The notes beneath the pieces were generated by a model. It saw only the letters and a program-made list of their open reading frames with translations. It was not told the DNA's origin and searched no databases. A stretch of DNA of 64,000 bases, from positions 1 through 64,000 of the forward strand of contig CAJVPI010000031.1 of the NCBI GenBank assembly GCA_910592345.1. The letters run 5' to 3'. Positions 13,110 to 27,985 of this stretch are shown one piece after another. How positions within the stretch are numbered: the stretch's first letter is position 1; each line of letters starts with the position of its first letter. A program made the translations under genes and the position numbers. This stretch comes from Paraglomus brasilianum (Eukaryota).

Positions 13110-13758
13110 CAGTGTGTTACAAAATTATCTGGAATCAAAAAAATAATAAAATGTTGCACTGCTACAGTAATAGTAATCCAAAATTTATAAAATATGAAAC
13201 TCCACAGATTTTATAATAATAAATTAATAATTAATCCTTTCTCCATTTTTCTTGTTTACACTCTGACAATGTCTAGACATTGAATTTACAAGATTAATTA
13301 CCATAATGCCTAAAATGTTCTGCCACTCCTCTTTCATAAATTCTCGATTCTTCGGGGCATTCTCTTCTCTACATTACTTTTTACAGTTGCCCACACGTTT
13401 TCAAGCCCAGACTGTTGGACGGCTATTCTAGCATCTCTGGAACATTTTCATGCAGGTAGACTTTGGCAATTTAGCAAGTATGCTTGAGATCATTGTCTTT
13501 TTAGTTTTTTGATATTGTCATGGATGGTGCTGAGTGGATATCATTTTGTATATGAATTTATTTGCCATTCTAAATACCGTTGTTCCATAACTGTAATAAA
13601 GTCGGACGTTGTGCTTTTCTTTTGAATGAGGCATTGCATATGCACTTATCTCAAAAGTTGATGTAATAATGGCTTTTAGCTCAAAACACAAGCTCGTTTT
13701 GTAGTAAATTGCATGCGTACATAACGCGCTAGACGTGTTTTAATTTTGTAGCACGCTG
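13110..13758 (-). mobile_element. Internally deleted Tc1/mariner element
   Basis: 18-bp TIRs CAGTGTGTTACAAAATTA (13110) and TAATTTTGTAGCACGCTG (13741-13758; 2 mismatches), TA on both sides; inside DNDLKHTC*IAKVYLHENVPEMLE*PSNS..ENVWATVKSNVEKRMP (DDE_3 motifs DND.KH and WPS.SPDLNPIENVW). Confidence 0.85.
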
Positions 13759-14744
13759 TATATTCTCCGAAGGCATCACGAGGATTTCAGAATCTGCGAT
13801 GTCACTTTCATCCTTTGTCCGAGGTGGCAGTCGCACGTAGTTGCCATGGCACCCCGAGTAAACTTATGTAAGGTAGAAATGGCATCTGCATGCTCTGACA
13901 ACAATAGAAAGAAATTGCATCTCAATTAGATATAAAAGAAGCGTGACTTTCTATTAGTATTAGGATTCATTATGATATTTCCAATTGAGCTATAACATTC
14001 CTTCCCCTTGATTTGGTATACACTATGTTCATTGAATTTATTTATGCTTACTTGATCAGTAATTTCATAATGGAACAAAAGACATTTTATTCAAATATCA
14101 TGGAAATCTTGCTAGGTCGACCAGTATAGGCGTTAAATAAAATTGCAACGTTATATAGCAAGCTGAGTTTTTTACAGAGATCTGCTGAACAACCAGCTTT
14201 ATAATCGTCAAATCTCGCTGTACCTATAACCTTTGTACCGATCCACTTTACTACTAAATCCCTCTCGACCAACCATTTACTAAATTTGGAACAGCTCAAA
14301 CATTTTGATTGTTATAGAATCAGAAGTTTAATAACCTACAATTTTCTATTGACAATTTAGCGGAGAATCTAATGGAGAAGAGATAGTACCTCTAGTAAGT
14401 CGTTTTCTCTTAAGAGGAAGACGAAATTGGCCATCAATTCTGCTGTAATATTAAATATAAATTTTTCGAATATGAGTGATTTCATATGCTTAAATTTGTT
14501 CTAAATCTGACGATGCAAAATTAAAATGGATCCTTTATTTATTTAATTGCATACTAATTACTTGAACGTGTCCATAATTGTCCACGTGGTTGGATATTTA
14601 CAACCAATAAAATGTATCACACCAAAAATCTTTTCTTCCTCTTTCTCAAATCTAACTTGAGCAAACGGTATGTGTGGTTATTACTTGGTAACCGCATACA
14701 TTTGACAATATAGCTTGAGCTCTTTAAATCTTTGCCCTAAACAG

Positions 14745-15759
<1,015 letters not shown>

Positions 15760-16471
15760 GTACAAGCATGGTATATTCTCATGCTGTACATTTACATGTA
15801 TTTTTGTCTACAAGATTGTGCGATAATACAAAAGTATGCATTAGGTATAAACCGATGTCTGTTGTCCAAAGACCCCGCTGATTTATTTACTAGAACGAAA
15901 TATAATATATTCTTGGATTTGCAAATTTATCCACCATAACGAAATTGATGTTCTCCTATACATTGATGTGAATTCATAGTAAAGATTGAATTCATATCGC
16001 TAACGCTGCAATGTACAAAGAGCTAACCCAGAATTATAGGATTAGATGTCATTCTCCTCCGTTTGCGTGCCGAACAAGCTACGATGGTGAGCTATGTTCG
16101 GTGATTGTATTGGAGTGCGTACCGAGTTCAATTTCGCAGGAAAATTCATTGTTGTTCCCATACTCTTGATATTTACTTCCGATTATTTCACTTACATGTT
16201 TTAAACCCACTTTGAAGGCGAGCATTTTCTAATGTTCAATTAGTCAACTTATTATGTCTATTGTAAATGTAATATGAGAGCCATAATCTATCTACAAATT
16301 GTTCTACAGTTACACGCATTCTATTAGTGTCCCATTAGTAGACACGGTTGTGATGTAAAGACACTTTCCAATCTCGTAAATTGAAAATGGGTAAACGTGT
16401 TAATGCACCCTGTCTCCAATAAATATGCTTTGACAGAGCGTATATCCTTGATGATCATCATTATAATAAAG

Positions 16472-19234
16472 CTAGTGATGTTTTTCAATCTTTTCATTGA
16501 GCATACCTAATGCCGAATATGATAGAACTAACAACCCAGTACCAACCACGTCTACTATCGCCGTTCTGAAACAAGACATCATTCAATTAATCTGAATAGT
16601 CGACAAGTAGTAAATTATGTTTGAAGTTACTTACATGTACGGCATAGAATAATTATCGGGATCATATTTGTGTTTCCATAACCATAGTGTCAAATTCTTT
16701 GTCAGAATGAGGGTAAATAATACCTAAATAGGAATATCGCGTCAGAATATTGTTTATAGACCAGAACACTTCGCATTTAGCAATAGCAATAAATTAATTC
16801 AGTGCCGGCATTAATTCCTTCCCCGCCTCCTATTGACCATGCCGGTACGATTGTCTATTCCACACGTATTACTTCCCCGACACCAATTACATCAGCTTAC
16901 ACAAACAATTGAATCCAGAAAGTATATTATGCAGAATCCTAACGGTAAATGTCCGAGATCCAACCACCATGCAAATAAGAGAAATAGGATTTCGATGGGT
17001 ATATGAATAAGGAACAACGTTTTCTCTGAGGACTTGTAATCCTCTTCAGTACCGCTATGTAAGCGGGTTGATATTCGTGAGGCGTAAATCGAGCCTAGGT
17101 TGCCGGCTAGCCCTATCATGAATATGAACAGTTGTAAAATACGTATCGTTGTTAAAGAAACTATGAACATCAAGCAAATATCGTAAAGGTACCATTCAAT
17201 ACAGGCGTTAGCACGGCTAGGCCTTGGTACTTTTTGATATATCTTTCCAGAACTAGGCCTGCAATGCTATTCGGTAAGAAAGAGTTTTATGTTAACGAGT
17301 TACTCGACCGTATAAGTGAAAACAGATATTACAATCTCACCTTGCAATTATCATTGCTACAAACAATGGAACCCATCCACTAACTAGTAAATCTTGTACG
17401 TATTTATTAGTCCATACAAGACGGGCCCACAGCGGGATACTGAATGCAAGAATTACGAACATCCAAGTGCTCAACCAAGTAACTAGACAATATGACAATC
17501 AGTCAGTCGAATTATCTATGCATAACAGGACTTATGAAGAAAATTATAACTTACACATATACTTTTGTAGAAAGTCACTGCAGACAGCCAATATAACTAG
17601 AGTAAGTAAATCTCCCAGTGCTGATGCCATAGGACATGCAATATTATCTAAACAAATATTTTGTTAGCATAATCTCATTATTTCCCAATGATCGTCTTTC
17701 ATTCTCACGCGACAAACTCACCGGGATTAATTCTAAATTTCCTCGACACAATAATCAAAGCACACATAAATGTTCCCAGTATCATGCTACTCAACGTAGC
17801 ACACACCATGCTCGCTACAATAACCAGCATACTTTCAGAATACGTATTAGAGTGAGGGTGAAAAACCAATTCTTCACTGAAGGAGAAGAAACCCGCAACT
17901 GCGCCTACGATTAGGGCTTGGACTTGGAGAAGAGCAAGGTTGCCCCAGATTAATGCGTCCCGGACTGATGCTTGATCTAGTTCGCCCAAGTTGGACTTGT
18001 GTAAAGTAGACAGACTCGATAGAGTTAATTTTGATGGCGCTTTGAATAACATTCCAATATTTTCATCAATTGACTCCTTTAACTTCATCACATTCTCTGT
18101 GAATTCTATACTGTATATTATGGCGGCAGCCATAATACCTCATTTATATCTACATCCTTTGACTCTCTCTCCATTCCAATTCAATTCATACCGAGGTTGA
18201 CATTCTCGAAGCCAAGTTCATCTCCAAATTGCCTTTTAGGTTTAATAACACCGGCACCAGTATAAACAATTCGTTTATTCGTTTAAAAACCTTCCAATCC
18301 TGAACCAGAAAAATAAGAAATAAATATACGCAAACAAATGATGAGAACTTTTGCTACTTGCAAACACTGTTCGATGATAGGGGAAATACGACAACGCGAC
18401 AGATTAGCGAGAATTCGGGTGTTTCATAAATAATATTGACATGCTACATATCGCATTCTTCCAGTCAAGAGTTTATTTTACAAGAACCCCCCCCCCTTCT
18501 TCCAACCGATTCCAATAAACCACCTACTTGAACAATATCCAAAAGCCAGCCGGTAAACATCAACCCTGCTACAGATATTAACAGAGGTGGCATTGCCTTG
18601 TCAAGTTAGGAAGCGCAGTGGGGCAAAAGAAAAGAGAAATTAGTGAAAAAAATAAATTAGATGGGTCAATTTGGCGAACAATAAAAATTCGCGGATAAAA
18701 TAAACAGTAGCTTCTTTCTTATCCTCGATTCTGTCGTCATGATGGGAATACAACACGCTCATCACATGGAAAGCATCCAAGTAAGCGATTAGATCCATGC
18801 CACGGGCCATCAGTCAGTTTTTTCCGATTTTACAAATTACCAACCTCTAAAGCCAAGCTCCTTTCTGGTTTACTCTCGCTAAAACCGTCATGTAACATAA
18901 TCTTTTGTTTCTTCAACTTTGCGGTCGAATCTTCTTTATTCTCACCCATGTCGTCACCACTCTGAGATAGTTCTACATAATCTTTTCTAGATGCTTTTGC
19001 ACCACGATTTATCCGCTCGATAATCCCTGATGGAACTGCTTTGTGCCATTGAGCAGGAGCAGTGATGCTAGTACCGTCTTCGGGAGTTTGTAGAGAGTCG
19101 AAAGTGGTAGTGGTTGGTTTCAGAAAAATGTCCGTCGAAGACGTCGGAGTCAGGATGGGTGGGTCGTCATCAGAAGAAGAGGTAGTTATTGTTTCTAATT
19201 CGACTACGTTGCGTTGGGATGAGGGAAGTCGCAT
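16472..19234 (-). CDS. SLC41/MgtE-family divalent cation (Mg2+) transporter, multi-exon
   Basis: [96 protein letters not shown]; two MgtE repeats; stop TAG at 16472. Confidence 0.92.
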
Positions 19235-20329
19235 TTAGAAAACGGTATGTGTAAAGGTGAGAGGAAAGCGTATAGTCTATCTTGTGTTGTATTGAAGATA
19301 GAGTTGGTGCGACTACAGGGTTGTGTAGCAGCGGGTAGATAAGCCAAGATGATTTTCCTGAATTGTCTATTCCCGAATAAGTAACTTGACTCATACCAGG
19401 TCTCATTGATGTGTTTACGCCGAAAGATGTCAAATAAGTGAGATAGCATTGAAAGGGGTTTAAAAGAACACATTGTTATCGTCATTGGGTCGGTGAAAAG
19501 GTATGTCTTTTAAAATTTGCCAGGAATTACAGACTCTATGTAAATGCAATTTAATATGTCAATAGTAATAGACCACTCTGGTATGATCGTGACGATCGTC
19601 AATAAATTAACGGTTATAATAATTGACACCCCAAATAGGCAGGTTTAAATTTAAACCCTGTTTGTACAATATTTATTATAGTCCTGATGCGATACATGAG
19701 AAGCTTGATAAGTCGGTTTTTGGCGTAACTTTTCAACCCTTTTTTGGGGGTAGGCTAAAGCGGAGTAGTTTTTTTACAATTTCATTGGTTGATATACAAA
19801 TTTGACCAATGTAATTGCAAGAATCAGGTCACGTTCTACTCCGCTTTAGCCATCCTCCTTTTTTGTCGATATTTAAGAAAGAGGCTCAATATGGAAAATC
19901 AAATTTGTTCATGGCCTTTTGTTATTGACGCAACATATTATTCACGTGATAGACAAGTTTTGATTCTCCACATGTAAAAGATGACAATTTTTCTAGTATG
20001 CCAAGTAGCGCAATCATGGCTGTGAAATAAAGTCTTACACAATAGAAACTTAATAGTAATTAAAGTCAAAGCCACAAGACCCTCTCCAAGACCGAATAAT
20101 CTTTGAAACTTCGTATGCTTCCGTATTTCAGCTCCAAAAATGGTTTATTGTAGAACTAATAAAGTCGACAACTGACATGGTAAACTAAAGTTACGTCATC
20201 TTAAATTTACACTTAACAATTATGATTACCGTATTAGTATGCCAAAATTTATGTTGGCCCGAGCGACGAGTCTATCTCCAACGGGCAAACAATGAAAAGT
20301 TGATTACGGCGTGTCATTTGATTATCATG

Positions 20330-20951
20330 AGTAATAAGTCGGCCTCTCTACCAGCATTAGACGTCCTCCTTAATTATCTCAAAGCTTGAAAAAGGAGGGC
20401 GACTCCTTAGTCCAAATATTGAGCGAAGCGAAAATAGCCGCCATAGTATCGTTTGTGTCGATTCAAAGGGTAATTCATTCGTTTAAGGCCACCGCTGCTT
20501 TTGTTTATCGAAAGTCTGAATTGACGTTTACTGAACTTTCTGAATACCATACGTTAAGAAGCCCGGCTATTCGACTTGCCAGGTACAACCACTCAATCTA
20601 TTTATTTTAGAACCCGCTCTCATCCCACGTTCACTGAGTTCCGGCAATTTCTCACCGAATATATAAGGAACATAGGTACTTGCGTGCTATTGCATCGGCC
20701 GTGTTTGCTTGTACAGATCATTTTTATCTTATTACGTTAGTTTTCGTCCATCGCTGTGTCATCAGAAACGTATCCTTTATTTTCGTTAAACGCTCATTAT
20801 TCCACAACGCTAACGCGCGTGTTACCATTCGACGCTGCACACATTCAAAGGTTGGCGAGCGATCGGACTTCAAGTTAAGAATAACAGACGAATAGCAGAG
20901 TATGCCCCAGCGTCGTTCCTTATGTGATGAGGAACAAATTATTCCTTCCAT
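20330..20951 (-). pseudogene. Highly decayed transposase-like remnant (possibly MULE)
   Basis: Coding-like composition with many stops; only weak resemblance to MULE motifs (IDTND, YLC). Confidence 0.25.
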
Positions 20952-21206
20952 TCTCCTTGATACAACAGTTTATTTTCCTCAAGGGATTGAATTGCAATAA
21001 GAAATGTCTCGGTGGTTTTTATATAATGATCCACCTGTTAGAATACATCGCCCAAAATCTTTGCCTAATGGCATTCATTTGAAAAATTATTATTATTATT
21101 TATAAGAGGGTTTAATATACCCATACCGGCAACACATCCGAATTTCCTTCTTCTTTTTCATCAAATTATTTCATTACAAATTTTACCAATTCCGGGTTAT
21201 TACGAC

Positions 21207-24135
21207 TCATAGCATGATGGTACGTATTCCACAGAATTCCCCTATGCGAAAGTTTTCTCCGGGGCAAGAAATGAACATTAGAGATTTAGGTATATCTAGC
21301 TGTGATGATATTGCATCGATTGTTTCTGGGTTGAATGGACATTGGATGAACATCTAGAAGAAGTAATATGAATAACCCAATGTTAATAAACGTAATTAGT
21401 GTGATAAGCAAATATGACAACAGCTTAATCTAGTCCGCCAGATACCAAGTCAATTTGGATTTTTGGGTATAACTAAACAAGCGAAAAAAACAACGTTGGA
21501 TCGATGTTAGTTTAATATTCACTTTGAAAATAAATCAAGACAAGTTTCGCATTCGAGTTACCTCATCGAGTATTTGATGATTGGCTTCCAATCGTTGAGG
21601 TATCTGTCACGGGAAAATAAAAATATTAAATAAATTTCCTTTCATAATCTATAATCATCTTTCACTTACGTCTTCAATATTGGAATACAAGTGTAGAAAC
21701 TTGACCGTGCCTAGCAATAGAGCAAACTGTCGACATGACATTACTATTAGATTTCTACGCAGTCACATGAATACCTACCGGTTGGTTCATTGTTCTTGAT
21801 GTACAATACGGCTATATGTGGTATATAAGCTGGTAAATACTCTGCTGTTATTTATAGCTCTATCACGAACCGTGTAGAAATACCTTTATTCAAAATGTGA
21901 ATATCGTCCGTATTAGTGAAAAATATGACGGGTTGCTTCTTGATGCTTTTTATCATTCGTACTATCATATCACCAATTTTATATTTATGAAGAGCTACGA
22001 TTTTGTCCAAGTAGAAAAAGGTCGTCTGTGAAAACAAATAATACTGAGTAAATGCAATATCCACGATTTTTAGCGGATAGGGCTAAGTGGTTATATATGA
22101 CTGACAATTTGACATTCTGTTATTGATACTGTTCAGTTCCAACTTCTTCTTTTTTTGCAGCACGCTCACCTTTAATATCCATATTCGATTCAACATAATA
22201 ATCATTACTCCATATATGGCAGCAAAGTATATGAAGAAATATCTTGCTAGACTCGGATTGAATACGATGTTCCCAATTAGTGCAGTAAATACAGAAGCAA
22301 ATCCAAACATCGCTACTCCGGTCGAGACTTTTATCGGACGATATAATCGATGTCTCTTATACTTTAATAGCAGGTTGCCAATAGCAAACATACACAACAC
22401 GCTCAGGAATGCCACTGCAAACACTCCAGCTAGTGAAGTGACATCACCCTTGAGAACTGAATACAAGATAACACAGCATACAAGAAACCCAAATATGATA
22501 AAATGCTTGGTTCCGGTAATTGGATTACGCCTAAGGAGGAATTGAGGCAATATATGATCTGAAGCCATACGTTCAATGAGGCCGCTGACACCAACAAAAC
22601 CCGTGAGTACGCCTGCGCATAATACTATAACTGCATCCACAGTGACTAATATCTTTAGCCAAGAGCCCGCTGCATATTCTCCCAAAACAGATACGATGTC
22701 TCCAGGATGGTCATTAATTATGTTCAATGGCATTATAGCGATCGTTATTAATGTCAGAGGTGCATTGATTAGAAACACGAGCACCCACATGTTACGCATG
22801 GTTTTCGGAAATACGCCTGGCTTCTGATCTTCAATATAATTACTCGATGTCTCATATCCAGTAATGCCGAGTAGTCCGATGCATACACCATAAAAGATTT
22901 CCAAAGCGGAATTCTCCGATATACTTTCATTCCAATTAGCAGATAATACGTCATTCCCAATGGTAATCCACCTTCCTACCCCAGCAACCATCAAAATACT
23001 CAACACACAAAGATGCAACAGAAAAATTGCCAAAGCAACTGTCGCGGAATCCCTTATTCCCAATAGTACAATCCCGGCAAATACACAAAGCACGCCGATA
23101 GTTATCCAGAATATCCCAATTTCTCCCAAATTTAGATAACTCCCCGCATATGCAGTAGCAGTCGCCGCACTTACGACCGCCGTGGCAATGTAGTCCAATA
23201 TCGACACGGCAGCGGCAATGGCAGCAAACCATTTTGGGGCGGTGTTTAACAAACAGTTGTACGCTCCCCCGTTCAGTGGGAGCGTTGTGCTGACTTCGTT
23301 GAGGATGTTTTTGAATGGATAGATAAGAAGCGAGACTATGAAAAGTGATATCGGAGCGTATCTACCAGCAGTCGCTACCACGACAGCTATTGTATAGAGA
23401 ACCGATGCTACAAGGTCGTTTCCTGATAAGCTGGTCGCTCGCCATTGGCCGAGAAGAGTCTCAGATGAATGGTCTGATTTAGACGAAGGAGAATGGAGTT
23501 CGATAAAGTATGTTGAGCCCCAGCTAAAAAAAAAAAGAGAGATAAAAGTGGGGTAGAGTGAGACAAACAGATATTTCAACAATTGTAAGGGATAAAAATT
23601 ATGTATACGTGTTTATATATTCGCGGGCGCTAGGAAATGGCGCCATCTATCGATTGAGCGAGTAATCAATCGATAGTTCGCATTCCTATCATGTATGTCT
23701 TCCCATACCCAGCAAACTCCCACGCATTGCTTAAGTTAGGTGTACGAGATGGTACTGAACTTGTTTTCAACATGTCCTCTGATTTGAGCGTCGATGCTTC
23801 AAGTGTAGGTTCCAAATATCGTTGTTGTCGACCTGGTTCCGTTTGTAAAGGCGAATTGTCAACACTCAAATCGACTGTAAGTGAAAGTATGGATGTAAAT
23901 AAAGAACGTAATAAGTTGGATTAAATAATACAACAAACGTTAGTAATTTTTTCTTGTCAACGAAGATAATCTTATACATCGTTTCTCATACTCTCTACAT
24001 ACCGGTGTTACCGGCTCTATATGATAATTGAGCGCGCGTAGAGAAGTTATCATTGTTTGTTTGCGGTGCAAATGTGACTATGTGTTCTGCTGGCGCATCC
24101 GTCTGCTCACTCTCGCCTATGGATTTTGCGGACAT
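21207..24135 (-). CDS. APC-superfamily amino acid/polyamine permease with C-terminal cytosolic domain
   Basis: ATG at 24135 (MSAKSIGESE...), phase-1 intron, WEFAG|WGSTY, LGQWRATSLSGNDLVASVLY, LPLNGGAY, TGYETSSNYIE; about 12 hydrophobic segments; several 27-42 nt exons at the 3' end; ends ..GIRTIML* at 21207. Confidence 0.92.
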
Positions 24136-24859
24136 GTTTGGCAACGAAAAAAGATGAATACCGTACTCATTCTAGTTTGATTTATACATTTTATTTAACT
24201 GCGTTACACATGGAAAATCTGGTAAGATGAATGATTACTATTACAAATTTTGACGAGAGTTCGTCGTCTCGACAAAATATGCAAGGTAGATAAGTTTCTC
24301 TCAGAAATCGAATTCAATACATACAGGATGTCCATAAGATACTGTAGGTCTTGCGCTGCGGATTACAACGCCCCCAGCCTTGAAACGTCCCACGATAAGT
24401 TAATCAAGTAAGGGACAATAGATAAATCACTTTCGAATGTTCTATATAGCATAATGGGTCTTGGTTTCGATTTACTTAATTAACGTTGACATTGACAGTT
24501 CACGATAATTAGTTTCGGATTTTAAAATCCTCACTGAGAAAGTTTTAATTTAACTCTTTTAATATTACTAAATAGGGCAGGCAATGTCACTAAAGATATG
24601 TTTTCAACACGATCTGGCTCATCACTTGTTGCATATCTGCTCAGGCTATTATTTAATTTATGCGTGTACTACACATTCTCGATTTTGGCTCTTTTTTTCA
24701 CTATATAAAAATTATCGACCGACGATTACTGCGTAAGTCGGCCTATGTAAATTCTCGGTCGGCCAACGGCTCCAGCTATTACTATCTTAATTGGATAAGC
24801 CGGTTTTACGTGACAATTTGTAAGACGTATACAGTTTCTTCAATTTAATTGGTGGACCA

Positions 24860-25265
24860 TACCCCGTGATGATTACTTTACTATGAAAAATCTTTCTTTT
24901 CAAAAATCTCTCCTGCCCATGTATGCTATGTAAATGACAACAGTTTTTGTATAATTTTAAAGTTAATTGATTGCGCTTTTCGAAAAATAACAATAAAATT
25001 TTATACAATTACCGCATAAAGCCGCAGCATGTTGAAGTGGTTGTCTTTAAATTATGATATAAAAATATATAATTATATGTGTAAAACACGTATACACAAT
25101 TTCATTGAGCTACAGCTATACAAGAAGATATAACAAATGGATTGCTACTATCTTTTTCAAAATCGTACAAGAACTATCGTCATTTGCATGGGCGGGAGAG
25201 ATTTTTGAAAAGAAAGATTTTTCATAGTAAAGTTTCGTGAAATTCGGTAATTTATTGTAAGGGTG
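24860..25265. mobile_element. Foldback/MITE-like element with long inverted repeats
   Basis: 24875-24921 and 25187-25233 are reverse complements (47 bp, one mismatch); weaker similarity extends ~40 bp inward. Confidence 0.7.
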
Positions 25266-25300
25266 TGTATGTCATGCCATTAGTCAAAGAGCTAAACATG

Positions 25301-25393
25301 CATTAGATTATATGATTAAAGTCATACGATTAAAGCACTAGGCATGTCATTAGATCATACGGTTAAAGTCATGCGATTAAAGCACTGGACATG
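25301..25393. repeat. Two-copy ~47 bp tandem repeat
   Basis: CATTAGATYATAYGRTTAAAGTCATRCGATTAAAGCACTRGRCATG twice. Confidence 0.8.
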
Positions 25394-25569
25394 ATATGCG
25401 AATTCATTTTTACAAAAAAATTCCAACGTGAGCTACTTCCAATTTGACGCTGTAAGTCTTTCATTCCCGAGATTACTGATACATTTACTTTTACGTCAGG
25501 ATTTGTTGTAAATAGTTGAATATATATATTTGAATACTATCCAAAGCAACTATATTTGATACTGTATTG

Positions 25570-27008
25570 CTTATGGATTTTCCCCCCTTCCTCTTCCCGC
25601 TGGTGCTTCCTGCACTACGGCAATTGTATCTCCTTCATCAATCATATCAGCTACTTCTATCCTAGTATCAATGTTAATGTACAATATCGTCAACGTTCAT
25701 TTGATGATAAGTGATTGGACTTCATTTTCTTCGATTTCTAATTCATTCTCTAATTCAATTTCTCCTTCATGCGTTTCGTCAGGCAAAATGCCTGTTCTTT
25801 GTCAACAACGATGTATTGTACGCTATCCCACGCTTGTGCAGTCCAGTTGATTGCGTTCAAAATATTTAATTTGGGATTTCCATATCGAGTTTTTGGTGTT
25901 CGTCAAATGCTCGAATCCTATCTTCGCATAATAATTTTCTATAGTGAGCCTAATACAAAGAAATAAATGTAAGTTCTTTTCATTAAAACATGAGAAAATG
26001 TACGTGTACGTGTATAATTACTTTGAATGAACTTGTTATGCCCTGATCAATTGGCTGAAGGTGAGAAGTTGTGTTTGGTGGAAGAACATACGTGATGAAG
26101 CATTGTCTACTAATAACAAGATGTTTCTTCGCCTTTTCCGCATTTATCTGTTAAATTGTTTGATTTATGCTTTAAAAATAGAGCGTTGCATCTATGATGC
26201 ATTGTTCCAGTAATATTGCACAAGTGTTCGTTTATCAATATGGTGAATACAGCGTGGATTTTTATATTTATAAATAAATAGCGGGGGTAGTTTGTGAGTT
26301 CCAGCCGCGTTACATGTAATCATTGTAGTAGATCTGTCTTTTGGTTTTTTTAGTCCACTAATAGGTCCGCTGGCAAGTGATTTATGGGGTTCTAACTTCC
26401 AGTAGAGACCAGTCTCGTTTGCATTGTACACGTCTTCTAAATCATACTGCAAAATTACAGATTGGAGCTCAGTTCTGAATCCAGGCAATCATTAATCGGC
26501 GCACTCGCTGCTTCTCCCAATTTATAATATTCTTAATATTGTTTCGTTTTTTGAAGTTTGCCATCCAGCCCTGTTTAAAAACAAATAGACATGTTTAATG
26601 GTAGTTATGTATAATTAGCCAAATTGATTTACCCATTGGTTTAACAATGATACGAAGAACGTTGATACGTTCTTGCGAGGATTTGAAATCAGGAATATTT
26701 AACCTTTCAGCGAATTGCATTTCCTTTTGACTCAAATTGTACCGGTTACTGTATGATTAGCCTCGTTCGTAAGATTTCTACCCAAATTGCTAATGCTTCT
26801 TCCAGCTGTGGCCATTCGCAACTACGATTGCGTTTTTTATTGGCATCTGTTGAACTTCGGAACTGCAAGCCGCTTCTCTAATAATATCTCCCACCGTTGA
26901 TTTGCCAACACCGAATTTTTTACAAACTCCTTATACGTTTTAGTTGGTTTGTTTGCTTCGTATTTATATAATTCTTTTTTTACTTCCAGGTCTAGATGTT
27001 CTTTCCAT
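25570..27008 (-). pseudogene. pogo/Tigger (CENP-B-like HTH + DDE_1) transposase pseudogene with introns
   Basis: KFGVGKSTVGDII (psq HTH), WPQLEEALAIW, GWMANFKKRN, VYNANETGLYW, KDR..MITCNAAGTHKLPPLFI, LLLVDNA, LPPNTTSHLQPIDQG; frameshifts and stops; two GT-AG introns. Confidence 0.88.
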
Positions 27009-27267
27009 GTTCATTTTACGAGTGTAAATGGTTTGCGGAAGGTTTGGCGGTCGACGCTTTATAAGCGCTGTGCTGTGCTCTTCTGAATTAATAATGATGT
27101 ATATTATAATAACTGGTGTGCTCGTAACGTATTATAATATAATGCGTTGTTTATGATAACTACGAGAATTTGTTTCTAAACAAGCGTACGATGAAATTAT
27201 TATTAGCAAAATCATTTGTATTGTATTCCTTCAACAATCACGTGGTCTGACGTCATTTGTTATAATA

Positions 27268-27445
27268 CAGGCCACCCCGTTATAACGAAGAATTTTCAAA
27301 CCCCATATTAATATAGAAATTACCCCGCTTAACCGAATTTTATATGAATTGGGTAAATTTGTTAAAGATAAAGGATTTAAACCGAATTTTCCGCAGTAAC
27401 CCGAATTAACCGAAGATCATCCTTTGTTATTGTTAACCGAAGGAA
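27268..27445. mobile_element. Left end of a Tigger-like element with subterminal AACCGAA repeats
   Basis: TA|CAGGCCACCCCGTTATAACG; AACCGAA at ~27331, 27380, 27408, 27435; no partner TIR found. Confidence 0.35.
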
Positions 27446-27985
27446 GAAAAATTTTCAACCAATAAAAATGCAGTATAAAAACTGAAACATTTAATGCGTG
27501 AATTAAACAAGATAAAAAGAATTTATGCAAAACGATTAGCGATTCGAAGGTTCAAATTAATCTTGGCGACTTCTTTACAATTAATTGACCGATTTGTAAT
27601 ATTTAATGTATCGAATAATAATAATAAAGCGAATTATTTTTTTAGCTAAATGTGCATTTATTATAACATCATGCTAACGTGTATATGTACATTCAAATCA
27701 AAATACAGAATGGGCTATAAATCAAAGGGCCAAAAATATTGTTATTATGTTAGTACCCGGGTATAAATCAAACTCTGCCTTCTGGGGTACATCTCATGGG
27801 GGCTATATATTAATATGTTGGTACTATCACTTTAATTCTAACATTAATTGGTCAGAAACATTTTTTGACACATGAGATGATCTTTTAGATCTTCCAATCA
27901 TATGCAAATAAATATAATAATAGATGAGATCACATAATTATAATTAAAGCCCAACCACATCAGAAAAAAGAAAGTTACGCTCGAA

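Noticed and set aside
23866..24053. Spliced uORF (MITSLRALNYHIEPVTPSI*) or +1 frameshift regulating the permease
   Set aside because: An upstream ATG at 24135 splices in frame (phase 1) into the main ORF, so this is just an alternate frame of coding exon 1.
24324..24346. Mariner-like TIR CAGGATGTCCATAAG
   Set aside because: No partner TIR or transposase found in the window.
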